DNA of 64,000 nucleotides from Octopus sinensis (Eukaryota), in assembly GCF_006345805.1 (NCBI RefSeq), contig NW_021832837.1, positions 1-64,000 of the forward strand, given 5' to 3'. The notes below the pieces were generated by a model. That model ran no database searches, had not been told where the DNA came from, and worked only from the letters and a program-made list of their open reading frames with translations. This document shows positions 36,443-49,339 of the stretch, in pieces; position 1 is the first letter of the stretch; every line of letters starts with the position of its first letter. The position numbers were made by a program, and so were the translations under genes.

Positions 36443-39287
36443 TCATGTAGTCCCACAGCCTATATATGAATTATTCTTCTTGCAATAATTAAGGAGATCC
36501 TCCCAACAAGGGCACTGTTTCATCACATTGGGATTGCCAATTACAATAAGCATGGAAATAGCCCTTGATATTGCCACATTAAATCTTTTTTGGTTAAACA
36601 GAAACTTCAACGAAATTCGTTGTTCGTGAGATAAATTATGCACTTTAATACTTCTAACCTGCAAAATGAGATACAAAAACACCGTTGATAAAATAACAAC
36701 ACGTTTTTCAGATCCTTGAAATTTCTCAATAGTATAGCAATCAACTCCTGTGATATCCCCCGCCTCCAACATCCGCTTTATAAGAAATGCCTGAAGTTAT
36801 AACTGAAAGTAACCTGTTTCTTATAAAAAGACAACACTGCAATTTGATTGAGTGGTATTCCATGTATGATTAGTTCTTTGATGTATATATTAACAATCAA
36901 TGCTTCGTATATATTCACAAATGATGTAGAATTTGGAGCAAGATGATCTTCTCCCTGTGGATGGACCGAAAATATTAAAACCTCCACTCCGTGAATTAGC
37001 AACGGAAATTTCTTGTTGGGCAAAAACTTGAAATTATAAAAATTTTCGGATTCTTGTCTTCCCGCCTTAACAACCAATTCGTTATCATAAAAAATCTTGG
37101 ATATAAAAATAACTAAATTTTCAAAATTCCTGTAATTATCTATTAATTTAACAATCTGGAGATATATAAAATACATGACCAACCAGGACGGGATTATATC
37201 CTCCATAATCCTCATATTTAGTCTTTATTCTACAATAAAGTCTATTATCAATAAGTCTGTGGAGAATTGAGTTTGTGATTGCAGAAGATATTTGCTCACA
37301 TGTTAGATTTGTCATGGGACCCAACTGGTGGGGATCTCCGGCCAAAATGAGCTACCAATTACCCACAATTCCAACCTTTCCATTAGTAGTCAATAAATTT
37401 ATAGATATTATTGTACTCGGTTCCGTAGACTGACTCGCCTAAATTATTTAAGTCAATTTATTACCTCATCCACGAATAAATGTGTAAAGAACTTATTATC
37501 TGAACGAGCACTGGCGAAAACGGCAGATTTAACAAAAGTAGTGCAAACAATCCGTATTGTGTCCAAAGTAGACCTGCGAATGAAATTACGCAAATAAGGT
37601 CTTAATTCCGGAGTTACGTCCTTAAATATTAATTCAAAGAATACATCTTCCTTTCTAACCATTGAATTAAGTCGAATAATATGTTCAGAGTTAATTATTC
37701 CACTTTGTATTAATTTAAGTGCCTGTCAACATAATTTAAATCACTAACCAATAAATCTACTGATTTGTTTGTCTGGGAGGTGACTAATATTACTGAATTA
37801 GGAATAAGGGTATATATTTGTAATATTGCTTCTATTATGGTAGTACTTTTCCCAGTCCCTACACATCAATCACGTGACCTTAACCAGGAGGACCGAATAG
37901 TATAAATGGGACTCGTCCATACCGTCCCTCCACTATATTACACACAGCAGCCTTCTGTCGACTATTTAAATTCTTATTTATAAAATCGAGTGATGGTCGT
38001 CCTCTGATATCAGTGGCCACATAGTCTGGCCTCAAATTGTTATCCAAGGCTATTGGAAACAACACATTGTCAATTGTGTCATCAGACAATAATTCGATTG
38101 CCTGCAGAGAGAATCTTAAAGGGACACTTTCAGATTATATTCAACTGATACGTGGATATTTTAATCCTCAACAATATTCTGGTCAGATTCGGTACTAATC
38201 TGGGATTCAAAGCAGGTCGAAGTTGCACTAATCCTTTTCCTTGGTCAATTCTTCCATATTCACATATACAAGTATGAAGCCGTGTACTCTCAGAATAATA
38301 TTCCAAATATATTTCCGTAGCACCAGGTCCGATTGTGTAATCTTCATCAATAATTCCAAGGAATTCAACGTCAAAGTATGTACCATCAAATTTGTCGATT
38401 GATAGCTTTAATAGTAAAAATGCAATACAGAAGGAATATCATGAGCTGACATGGCTATTTGAGACACGCAGTGATCAAGACGAAGAGCAATCTCCATTTG
38501 CCAACGATACAACGTCGGGATCAATCCCTAATTTAAAAATATATACTTTTTGATACAGATTTGAAATAATTGAGCACAGTATCATAATTGTTAGACAGAG
38601 CCATCCCAGTATATTCTGAACTCTCGAGACAACCACAATATTTTAGTGGAATAAGTTTATTGACCATTTCTCCACTAATAATGTCATTTATAAACAAAAA
38701 ACCGAGGGCGACGTATATATACAGAATCGACAGGGGGGATATAATAAATCAAGTCCAGAGTTTGTGGCCGATCGTCACTGTAGAGTAAGGAGGCCACGGG
38801 GATTTGTATTAAACATTCCAACTTGAGAGATATTGTCACAGGGGAGGTTCCTTCTGCCGCAAATACCACAGACTGATTGTCAAATCCAGGGAATTGAGGA
38901 GAAAATACGACTTCGAAATTTGCCCTCTCCCCATTTGCAATTTCAATTACAGTCTGAGATTTCATTAATTTATCTTTGTAGTATATTTTTATCTGTTTGG
39001 AGTAAGATCGCAATAGTTCGCACTCCACTTTGATAGATGTCTGTGAATTATTCCTGAAGGTAAATAATTTGATTTAACTTGAGATAAAATGATTTTGTAA
39101 CCGGAGAGGACTTGTAAACAAAGTTGTTAGAATACTCTAGAGTTGGGTGCGAAATGACTAGTTGTCTAAGAAGAATTAATTGCCAGATTTACTGTTTGTT
39201 GGCTGTATTTTGAGGCTATAATTGTGTTAGTTATGTGGTTAATACATGTAGTGATATTTGTTTAAATTTAGAGACGATTTCATCCAT
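36443..39287 (-). CDS. MOV10: MOV10/Armitage/SDE3-type UPF1-like (SF1) RNA helicase, multi-exon
   Basis: LNSRQKAAV..PFILFGPPG|TGKSTTIIEAILQI (26-nt intron in Walker A), FTHLFVDE, AGDPHQLGP, LIDNYR, TIEKFQGSEKRVVILSTV|RS and NQKRFNVAISRA..LIVIGNP. MOV10 versus MOV10L1 is not resolvable by eye. Confidence 0.9.
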
Positions 39288-39601
39288 AACAAAATAGAGA
39301 ATGCGGTTATATTTAAAAAATTTATTATTTAATTAAAATAAAATCAAGTATTACATTTTTAATAATTTGATTTAAGATTAGCATAATAGTGTTAAAAAAG
39401 TCTCACTCAAAAACTAAGTTGTTTTTATGAAATCATATTAGAAAAGTCGTTCAACATGCCATTCTTTGTTTATCTTGCGACTAGGAAATTTTCATGACTT
39501 GAGTGTGTCCATTAGTACGAACAGAGACTCCGTTATGCGACGAGGATTGTCTTAATTAGCCTCTAACTCGAGTTTTCATTGTAGGCTATACAGTGATATT
39601 A

Positions 39602-39687
39602 TGTGACATGGTTTGCGCGATACCTATGGCCCGCGCGATACCTGACGTGACCTTGAAATGTACAATTATGACATTGATGGGATTAAA

Positions 39688-39719
<32 letters not shown>

Positions 39720-41314
39720 AGTAAAAATGGAACTGTAAAACATTTTCAGGACTTCATTATCGAATTGAGGAGGTGGTAATTTACTAAATTAGCTAAAGAC
39801 TCTCTCATTTTGACAAAAAATTATATTTGTAGGAATTTAATTATCAGAAATTAATTTTTTTGGTGGAAAACCTAAATTCTTGAGTTATTTCTAGCGTGCA
39901 AGTATATTTTGCAGCAATGTCCTCGTACAAAGGTTATGTAAAGAATAGTTTGGAATATCAAATTTTAAAAGATGTTTTACAGGATAAATTTCCTGAACAT
40001 CTTACAAAGCAAAAAAATATAGACTAGTTAAGAAAATTGAAAATTTTACTGTAATTAATGAAAGGTATCATACAAATTGTAAATGTATAGATTGTATCTT
40101 AAATGTGCGAATTCAGATCACAAGCTAGTGATTTGTCTAGACAATGAACCCGAAATGGAGATCGTTGCTAAAAGTTTGCATGACTTCTTGCATGGAGGAG
40201 TTAACAAAATTGAATATGAATGTCGACAACGATATTTCACAGTTAAAAATGAGATTATTAGAAAAGTCATTCGAAACTGTGAAATTTGTAAATTTGCGCG
40301 ACCCTTAAAAGTTTTAACTTTTTTAAATCCTAGATTGGAGATATAAATAACCATGTCTTTGCATCTAGCCCAAATGAAAGATTTCAGATAGATCTTATAG
40401 ATCTGAAAAGTTTTTCTACCATAAATAAAAATTTTAATGGATTTTAACGGCATTGACGTATATAGCAGGTTAGTTTTTTTAACAATTTTTATAGATTTGC
40501 ATTTGCGAGGCCGCTCTACACTAAGTCCTCAAATGAAGTTTGTGAAAACCTTATTTTTCTTAAATGGTCCGTGTCAATTTCTTCAGTCCGATAATGGGAC
40601 TGAATTCAAGAATCGTGAAATGACCAATCTATGTGAGGAATTCAATATCAAACGAATTCACGGAAGGCCAAACAATCCCCGCTCACAAGGGATTGTCGAA
40701 CGCTTCAACCAGTCAATTACAAGAAAAATGGCAAAAATGATCGACAATGATAATAAAAAGTGGCTGGAAAAATTAGAAAATGCAGTGTACAGTTATAACA
40801 TTTCTGTCCACTCATCTTCTAATGAGAGCCCTTTTGAAAGATACCGGGGAATAAGTGGAATAAATACAATATTTTATGGTTGTAATTATAAAATTATTCC
40901 TTAGATAATTCAGGTAATGATTTGTTGAGTCCTGATCAAGTCGATGATGCAAACAATTGTCCGAGTCCAATTGAAAATTCATGTAATTTGAATTTCTATA
41001 TGTAGATGATTGTAATTATTCGTTTACAAGTCCGAAAAGATTGCGACTGAATAAGTTTGAATCTCCATATTATCCATCTGCAGAAATTATCAGTATTTTA
41101 TCAAACAATCGCGTTGAGGTAGTTTAAACATTCAAATTTAATAGATAAAAAATTCGATGAGCGAAATTTCGATTGTGCCAATGTCCAGACTTAAAAAATT
41201 AACAAGTTATTATTCTTTGAAGTTTAATATTAATTACAATATTGACATTAAGTTAAGCTGCAAGGTCACGTCAGGTATCGCGCGGCCCATAGGTATCACG
41301 CAAACCATGTCACA
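39602..41314 (+). mobile_element. Ginger/TDD-type DNA transposon with intron-containing retroviral-like integrase gene (39917-41127, several frameshifts)
   Basis: ~55-bp TIRs TGTGACATGGTTTGCG..TGACGTGACCTTG; 5-bp TSD TATTA; H2C2 finger (HDFLHGG..CEIC); rve core QIDLID, QSDNGTEF and SQGIVERFNQ; no LTR, gag or RT. Confidence 0.9.
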
Positions 41315-42078
41315 TATTATGAAAATTCTCAACAATGACTCTCCTTATTATGACGAACTGAAGTTTTTACGTGACGACTCCTTTAATTGTATTAACCGCC
41401 GGTTTTTTAAAAAACAAGTACGGAGTTTGTGAGCATTCTAACTGACAAAAGAAAATGGCCGGTTTATTTATAAATTTCTACAAAATAGATTCATGAATTT
41501 TATTTTTAAAATAAGTTTTTATCATTGAGTCAATCAATGAAAGCATACATTTAAATATAATCTTATACTTTTCTTAATTAGAGATTTCCCAAATGATTTA
41601 TTTTGGTATTTGTTGGGAGATTAAGGCCCAAATAAACGGTATCCTGAGGTTAGCTTAAATTAGTCTTGATATTTACTTCCGCGACAACTTAAATAACATC
41701 AAAATTAACATTTAAAAAATTCTATGAGAATAAATACGTTTTTGATGTATCAAATTTAGAAGAGACATTAAATAAATTTCTTGTAATAAAATAAGATTGT
41801 CCCCAACCTACAGCGGTTTTAAAAATATCCATACTCCACAACTGCAATTGTTTTGTCAAAATAATTTTGAAACCCATGGAATATTAATTTGAAGAACAAG
41901 AGAATGTAAAAAGAAAATAAACCATACAGCGTAATGAATATCTTATTTTCTAGTTAATTATAATAATTTCCAGGTCAATGTAGAATGTGAATAATTTTAG
42001 ATTTCATTTGGGTCTATTTTTTAAATAGTTTTTGTGCTATAGTTTTCTCAACAAGGTTAACCAGACAACAGTTTTATA

Positions 42079-44132
42079 TCTTAATAATAAAATGGTTGGT
42101 GTGTGTCTGTCTGTCTGTCTGTCTTGTGTCTGTCGTGTGTCTGTCTGTCTGTCTGTCTGTCTGTGTGTGCACACCAACTTCAAATTGGCAATACGATGTC
42201 CTCGACTTACATGATGAGGTCCTAAAACCTTCCCCCCAAAAAAATAAAAAAAATTTTTCTGCATTTTGGTTAAAATGAACAACTACAATGTCCTCGACTT
42301 ACATGATGTCCTTAAAACCTTCCCCCCAAAAAAAATTAAAAAAAATTTTCTGCATTTTGGTTAAAATGAACAACTACAATGTCCTCGACTTACATGATGA
42401 AGTCCTTAAAACCTTCCCCCCAAAAAATTAAAAAAAAATTTTCTGCATTTTGGTTAAAATGAACAACTACAATGTCCTCGACTTACATGATGAAGTCCTT
42501 AAAACCTTCCCCCCCAAAAAAAAAAAAAAAATTTTCTGCATTTTGGTTAAAATGAACAACTACAATGTCCTCGACTTACATGATGAAGTCCTTAAAACCT
42601 TCCCCCCCAAAAAAATTAAAAAAAAATTTTCTGCATTTTGGTTAAAATGAACAACTACAATGTCCTCGACTTACATGATGAAGTCCTTAAAACCTCCCCC
42701 CCCAAAAAAATTAAAAAAAAATTTTCTGCATTTTGGTTAAAATGAACAACTACAATGTCCTCGACTTACATGATGAAGTCCTTAAAACCTTCCCCCCCAA
42801 AAAAATTAAAAAAAAATTTTCTGCATTTTGGTTAAAATGAACAACTACAATGTCCTCGACTTACATGATGAAGTCCTTAAAACCTTCCCTCCCAAAAAAA
42901 ATTAAAAAAAATTTTCTGCATTTTGGTTAAAATGAACAACTACAATGTCCTCGACTTACATGAAGTCCTTAAAACCTTCCCCCCAAAAATCAAAAAATTA
43001 TTTTCTGCATTTTGATTAAAATGAACAACGCGAATGTCCTCGACATTCATGATGAGGTCCATTAAAACCTTCAAGGCAAAAATCTCACGTATTAAGAATA
43101 TCCTTGATGAAAACGACAGCGAGAATATTAACAATGATGAACTCCCAATTATTCGCGATAAAGAAATTCAATTCATCCTATGTTTTTCTCTTTAAAATTA
43201 AATGCATATATCATTATCGACCATGAATCAAAATTAAAGCTATTATCATATTTGACTTTGACAGAATGTGCAATCACAGATTGCACGACTTTGAATAGAG
43301 TGTGCAATTAACAGATTTTGAAAAACCACTTTGATAGTTGAAACCACATTAGCACAGTCATTAACACAATTTACCACCAATTGACGCACGACCTTGAATA
43401 GAGTGTGCAATTAACAGATTTTGAAAAACACTTTGATAGTTGAAACCACACATTAGCACAACCATAACACAATTTACCACCAATTGACAGCGCAATCAGA
43501 AGAATTTGCGTAAAAATATTAACTATTTACTTGAGTTTTTCGTAAAATAGAATTTATTTTCGGTATGCCTCTTTTCCTAAACTTTTTTATTATTCAAAAA
43601 TAATTTTTTAAATAGATAACCGAAGGAGGAAACGAAGCTGAAGAAAAAACGGTCAGCTTAATAAGGTAATTAATTAAATCTTTTTTGTGTGTCGCTTTCT
43701 TGCCTGCCGCATCTCCCCCTGCCCCATTTCCGCCAGTAATAAACAAAAAAATAAAAAAGAAAAAAAAGGAAATTACAAAGGAAAAATGAAAAAATTAAAT
43801 ATAAAAAAAATAGACCACAAAAAATGAAAAAAAAAGTTTTGCAATGACAATAACAAGGCCCAGGGACAGTCATTAAAGGTAGTTGGGTTATTTTTAGAGA
43901 GTGAGTGCTTTTCACATGGACAGCTTATGTGGGATGCTCGAGGGTAGGCAGAAGAGAAAATTATTCATATATGCCAAGGAAGGACGGACGACAAACATCG
44001 TTTATCAACAGGCGATAGAAAAGGGTACATTAAACCAGGTAGTTTTATACATCTACATAAACTTATAGTTTTTGATGAAACAGGCCCTCCGCAGGAGCTA
44101 GGTCGCGGTGAGCGAGCGAGCTGCCGAGCTAG
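42079..44132 (+). mobile_element. Non-autonomous Helitron with (GTCT)n microsatellite, ~93-bp satellite and a ~103-bp internal duplication
   Basis: A|TC 5' end at 42078/79 (TCTTAATAATAAAATGG); 3' GC hairpin TCGCGGTGAGCGA followed by CTAG|T at 44129-44133; no TSD. The 3' end recurs at 50657. Confidence 0.85.
42194..43075 (+). repeat. Tandem array of ~10 units of 91-96 bp inside the Helitron
   Basis: tgtcctcgacttacatgatgaagtccttaaaaccttccccc..ttttctgcattttggttaaaatgaacaactac recurs 10 times; length variation is mostly in C and A homopolymers. Confidence 0.97.
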
Positions 44133-45320
44133 TGCTTCTTAATTTTAATGTTTTAAAGGTTAGAAGGTGCCCCAATTTTTTTCATAATTTTAGAAATTTA
44201 GTCTTAAGATTAATTTGGTAATAAATTTAATATTCTAAAAAAACAAATATCACTGTTTTGAACTCGAAAAACACTACAATTGCACATCGTTTTCGAGAAT
44301 TATATAGATTAAATAACACTTAATTATTCAACCATTTTTAATGCCCATTATTTATACCCATTTTTTTGAAAAATGATAGCAAAGTTCGCTTCATTGCTAT
44401 CGGCTGTGGTTCCTTGCTTTTTGTACCGAAATGTTTGTTTAGAACGAGCTCCGACAATCTTGTAACTGGTTAATCTTACATATAAATTAAAAAGTCCTAG
44501 GAGTGAAAAATATAGTCACATTTGAACGTTTGTGACATTATGACACAAGCATTAAAGACTAAATAAAACGTTATTACTGTTTGAGAGTTCGCGCATTTGA
44601 ACTGATGGGCCTTAATTTTGACATAAAAAAGGTCGAATTACTGAAAATATCATATAATCAAACGTGTTTTCTTCAACAGCAGAAGAGCTCTTGAATGCTT
44701 TTCCAGTAACTATAAGTGTAGAGAAATTCTACTTTGGAGAGAAGAAAATTATTTATAAACGAGCTCAAACCTTTCTCTTACAGAAATCTAAATTGTATCA
44801 TATTCGTGTTTCTAGATATTTATTATAAATTCATTATTCTGAAGTGTTAAATCTTTTACATCATGCGGACATCACCTTATTTCCTGGTTAGCGAAATGCT
44901 CTTTTCTTTAGATAACATAATTTTTGTGATATTCTGAATGTTCATATTAACAATTCGGCATGCAAATTTTTAAACTACTTATCTTTAAACGCTCCTATTG
45001 ACTCTTCACTCCTATAATTTAAAATTTTACTTTTCGTTTTTAAATACATTTTTTGAGGTTTCTATTGACTGTTAAAGTCTATTTTTGACTTAAGGCAAAT
45101 ATATTTAATTAGATGAAACAAAACTGACTACGACTATCACAAAAATTTAAAATTCCAAATTTTTTTGATAGTATTAACTTAAGCCAGATCAATCCGTACA
45201 AACACTAGTTGTTTCTGTTTTTTAAATTTCGAGGATAAAAACAACACCGGACCTGTAAACTTAATTTCATTATTATGTTAATCAGTTCCTATCAGTTCGG
45301 TGAAAAATAATTAGAAAGGC

Positions 45321-45899
45321 TGGCCGCATCCCGTTTCGCTTTGGATTGCACGCTCTATCGTGCAGACGCAGTGCTGGCCGCATCCCGCGTCACGCCGCTC
45401 TTAACGACCTTATCAGGAGAGCCCTGGAAGTCGCCGGAATCCCCTCCCTGCTTGAACCCACTGGGATCGATCGGGGAGACGGAAAAAGGCCTGACGGGAT
45501 AACTGTGTTTCCTTTCAACAGGGGGAAGCCTCTCACCTGGATGCCACGTGTGTGACTCTTTCTCGCCTCAGAACCTGCTGATGTCGGCCTCCGCTCCTGG
45601 ATCTATTGTCACAACCGCGGAATGCAAAAAGATGCGGAAGTACTCCTCACTTACGGAGAAGTTCCAATTCCTTCCATTCGCGGTTGAGACTTCCGGTTCC
45701 TTGGGCAGTAAGGCAATCAGCTTCGTTCAGGAGATCGGATCCCGCATGTCTGCCATCACAGGCGACGCCCGCAAATCGAGATGGTTTTTCGAGCGGATAT
45801 CCCTTGCGATAGTACGCTCTAATTCTTTCTCGATCGCGTCGGCTTCCCGCACTTGAAGCTTTTAATTAATTAACTTGTAGTTATTGGTTGGTTTTCTTT
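45321..45899 (+). mobile_element. CRE-like RLE retrotransposon 3' fragment (copy C)
   Basis: [33 protein letters not shown] and FFERISLAIVRSN; 13-bp TSD TAATTAGAAAGGC (45308-45320, 45900-45912). Confidence 0.9.
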
Positions 45900-45975
45900 T
45901 AATTAGAAAGGCAAATTATGGTATTTACCTGAACGAGTGATTTTTAAGCATCTAAAGTCTCTTAATATTATAAAC

Positions 45976-47571
45976 AAGTGATTCTTAACGGGGGCGCCAG
46001 CGCCCCCTAGGGGCACTGGAACATATTAGGGGGCGCTGGAATTTTATTTTTATAATTATTATAAATATTTATATTAGTTTTTGTAAATCATTATCACATG
46101 CTTTTCTATTAATTCTAAATTAACAATTTTTAAAACTGTTGAACAATACCCTTTAACAATATTACAGATCAATTACACGAGCAAAGAATTTATAGATAAT
46201 TGTTATAACTTTATCATTTAGTAAATTGATTTTATTGAAAGCTGATATTACGTGTGGACACTACAATCAAGACGGACACTATAGTGAGTAATAATAAACC
46301 GGACATTTTTGTCTTTGACAAAGTTCGGAATATTATTGCGCTTATCAAAATTGGGATTACTTCTCAGCAATCCTTGAAGCAAGTAGAAGTAGAAAAATTA
46401 CATAAATATGACCTTTTGGCGAACGAATTGAAGGTAATCCATAAAGCAAAAATGAATGTCATACCGTTGGTTATTACGTGGGATGGAATAACATCAAGAT
46501 TCTATAAACACTACCAGAACTCCTTGCAAGTCCAGGAATCTACGCGAGCTCATATCCAGTCAATCGTGATCAAGAGAACATTGGAAAGCATGCGCCCGGA
46601 GTATAAACTCCTTCCTACAGCGGCGAAGCATGCAATTAAATCGGACTCGAGAACAATTACAAAAGTGGCCTGCCCTGTAAAATGGATAAGTGTACCCGTC
46701 GAAGACACTTGCTCGGGCTCGAAGAGGAGGAGAATTGACTGAACGCAGACTCAATAATTAAAAATCAATTTTATCTGGACTTTTCAAATAAATAATTATT
46801 TAATTTGAAAGCTGATATAGTTTATCTAGCTGATATTTTTCATAAAATTAATGAAATAAATATTAGATTGCAAGGAAACAAAATTAATTTAATAAATGTT
46901 AAAGGAATTATTATGCCTTTTATTGAAAAAATACATCTCTATGAAAACAATATCAAGAAAAAGATGTTTATTAATTTTCCAAGTCTACACAAATTTGGGG
47001 TTTTTTTGTGATAATAATGAAAATTGGCTTTGAAGATTTAGCAAATTTAAAATTTTTTGATTGATATATAAATTCATTTAAAACTGAAAATGTTAATTTA
47101 TCTCCAGAAATAACAGAACATTTATTAAATCTGAAATATGATCTTGAAGCTAAAATCATTTTTTTACAAACTTGGATATCAACAATTCCGGATTACACAT
47201 AGAAAAAAATTCTCAATTGTGAAATGAAGTTGAAACGCTTATAATATCATTTTTTTCAACGTAGTTAAAAAAAATTTAGTGCAGTCTCCAATATTTTGAT
47301 CAAAAAAAATATAAATTCCAAATTGTGAATAGATGAGATTTGAGACTTAATCTGTCAAATAGGGAGGCTGACATAAGTAAACTGACAAATTCTTATCAGA
47401 CACAAAGCAGTCATTAAATATTCGATAACATTAAAATTAAGAAATTGTCTAAAAAATTGCCGAATAAATCTATAATTGAAAAAATAATTAATTTTAAGGG
47501 TGCGCTGAAATTTTAGAGTTTTAAAATTGTGTCAAAAGGGGCGCTGACTTAAAAAAGGTTAAGAACCACTG
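45976..47571 (+). mobile_element. hAT (Buster/Charlie-like) element, internally deleted, interrupted by an RLE retroelement
   Basis: TIR (C/A)AGTG(A/G)TTCTTAAC; flanks TTATAAAC / TTATAGAT; remnant LKADIVYLADIFHKINEINIRLQGNK..FPSL. Confidence 0.82.
46249..46804 (+). mobile_element. RLE non-LTR family 2, 3' fragment
   Basis: DTTIKTD..NKPDIFVFDK..IGITSQ..VEVEKLHKYDLLANEL; 14-bp TSD TTGAAAGCTGATAT (46235-46248, 46805-46818). Confidence 0.88.
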
Positions 47572-47678
47572 TTATAGATGGATTAATTTTATAAACAAAA
47601 ATCAATAGGTTTAACATAAAACTCGAATATCTCCTAGATCTAGACAAGTAAATTAGTAACAACAGAAAAACAAGTAAA

Positions 47679-48441
47679 TTATTCTTTTTGGACAGCCTGA
47701 TAGTACCGTTGACTCACATCAGCCCAGTTGACAACGTCCCAGAGTTTATTGACATAATCTGCTCGGACATTCATATATTGCAAATAATATGCGTGCTCCC
47801 ACACATCGAACCCAAGCAAGGGGATCAAACCTGCATATATATACAGTACTGTACCAACCATGAACTGATTCCAAAGGATCCTGGTTAGCACAACATGCGA
47901 TAGTCAATTTTCGATACTTAGGATCAAATCCAAGCCATCCCCAACCAGATCCTTGTATTGAGATTGTTGAGGAAGACATGAGAGATTTAAAATTATCGAA
48001 AGATTTAAAAGAATCACAAATTGCCGTCATTAAAGAATCTTTCTAATAAATTAAATGTTATTTACCTTTAGGTAGCCCTCCGCCATTAGGAGACAGGTTA
48101 TTCCAAAATATGGAATGATTTATGTGTCCCCCGCCATTAAAGCGAAGGCTAGGCTGGAGAGAAATGGCTTCACTGATCTGTCCTAAATACATTGTTTGTA
48201 GCATTAAAACTGCCTTTGTTTATATATTGTTCAATTTTAGTTGTAATTGAATTTAAATTATTTAAATATGTCGCGTGATGCTTTTGGTGGTGAAGTTCCA
48301 TTATTTTGCTACTTATGACAGGTTCTAATGCATCATATGAATATGGTAATTTTGGCAGTGAATGTCCAAAGCGAGAGAAAGCTCTACATTGAATTATATT
48401 TAGCTTTACTTTTTAATCGAGAAACTAGAACTACTTAACAT
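47679..48441 (-). CDS. SOD2: Mitochondrial Mn superoxide dismutase, multi-exon
   Basis: [63 protein letters not shown] and [26 protein letters not shown]; introns include 26, 31 (or 28) and 23 nt. Confidence 0.97.
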
Positions 48442-49339
48442 TGTTATTAAATTAATTAGTTAGTTTTAAAAATATTTAAAATTTTAATTATTATTTTTAT
48501 AATGTAAAAAATCGCTTTAACTTATATCATGTCTTGATACCGACAGGACTTAAAATTTCTAAGGAATGCTTGAACCAGTCGGACGACAGCGACAACAGGG
48601 AGTCAACATCTTTGCGTTCAAGTATGGGAATTTGGTTGTTTGGGACGCAATATGGATAAAAAATTTTGCCTCACATTTTTGAACATTTCCGTTTTGATTA
48701 ATGAATAGATTTCTTTCGGGGCAAAGAGAAAAAATATAAAATAATATGCCTTTCTTTAGAGTTTTTTTTGTTCTTTCCATTATTGAAACCAGTGATGTAA
48801 TCGGCGATTTTTAGCGTGGATTCTACAAGGCCTTCCGATTCTGGGCACTGATCTTTAAAATCTAACAACTGATCTCTACGAAGACTCTTGATTGCCGGAA
48901 AGAGTGTAAATAGGACTTTAGTTTCATCAATAATAATTTCTATATCAAATCTGAGATAAATAATGTCTTCTTTAACAATTATAATCAAATAAATACAAAA
49001 GTTATTGATAAAGTTTAGTAATGTTTTCACGAGTCTTTATGACTTCTATAATTCGGTCTCTAATCATTTAATAAGATTCCGTGCAAAAGTTTCCACAACA
49101 GGAAAATTCTAGAAGGCTAAAAGGACAAAGATTTGATATCATTGGCATTGAAAACTTCTCAATTTTACCGTTTTCAAAGATACGGAAAATGTTCGAGGTT
49201 TAGGAAAATGAATTAATGTAAAATGAGCTGTATAAATCCAAATTTATGGTATGAAATAAAGCAGTAATAAAAATAAAATTATATTAGGGCATTCAACAGT
49301 AAATTGATAACGAGAAAAATATTTAAATTATTTATATTT

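Noticed and set aside
39602-41314. LTR retrotransposon (Gypsy) remnant
   Set aside because: The termini are inverted rather than direct repeats, there is no gag, protease or RT, and the gene has introns; this fits Ginger/TDD.
42194-43075. CRISPR array or hammerhead-ribozyme satellite (ATGATGAGGTCC resembles CUGAUGA)
   Set aside because: The units are near-identical throughout with no unique spacers. There is no stem II followed by GAAA and no paired stems around a cleavage triplet on either strand.
48559-49180. Assignable gene upstream of SOD2 (ORFs 48559 and 48698)
   Set aside because: It may be coding, but no motif or consistent exon chain could be supported.
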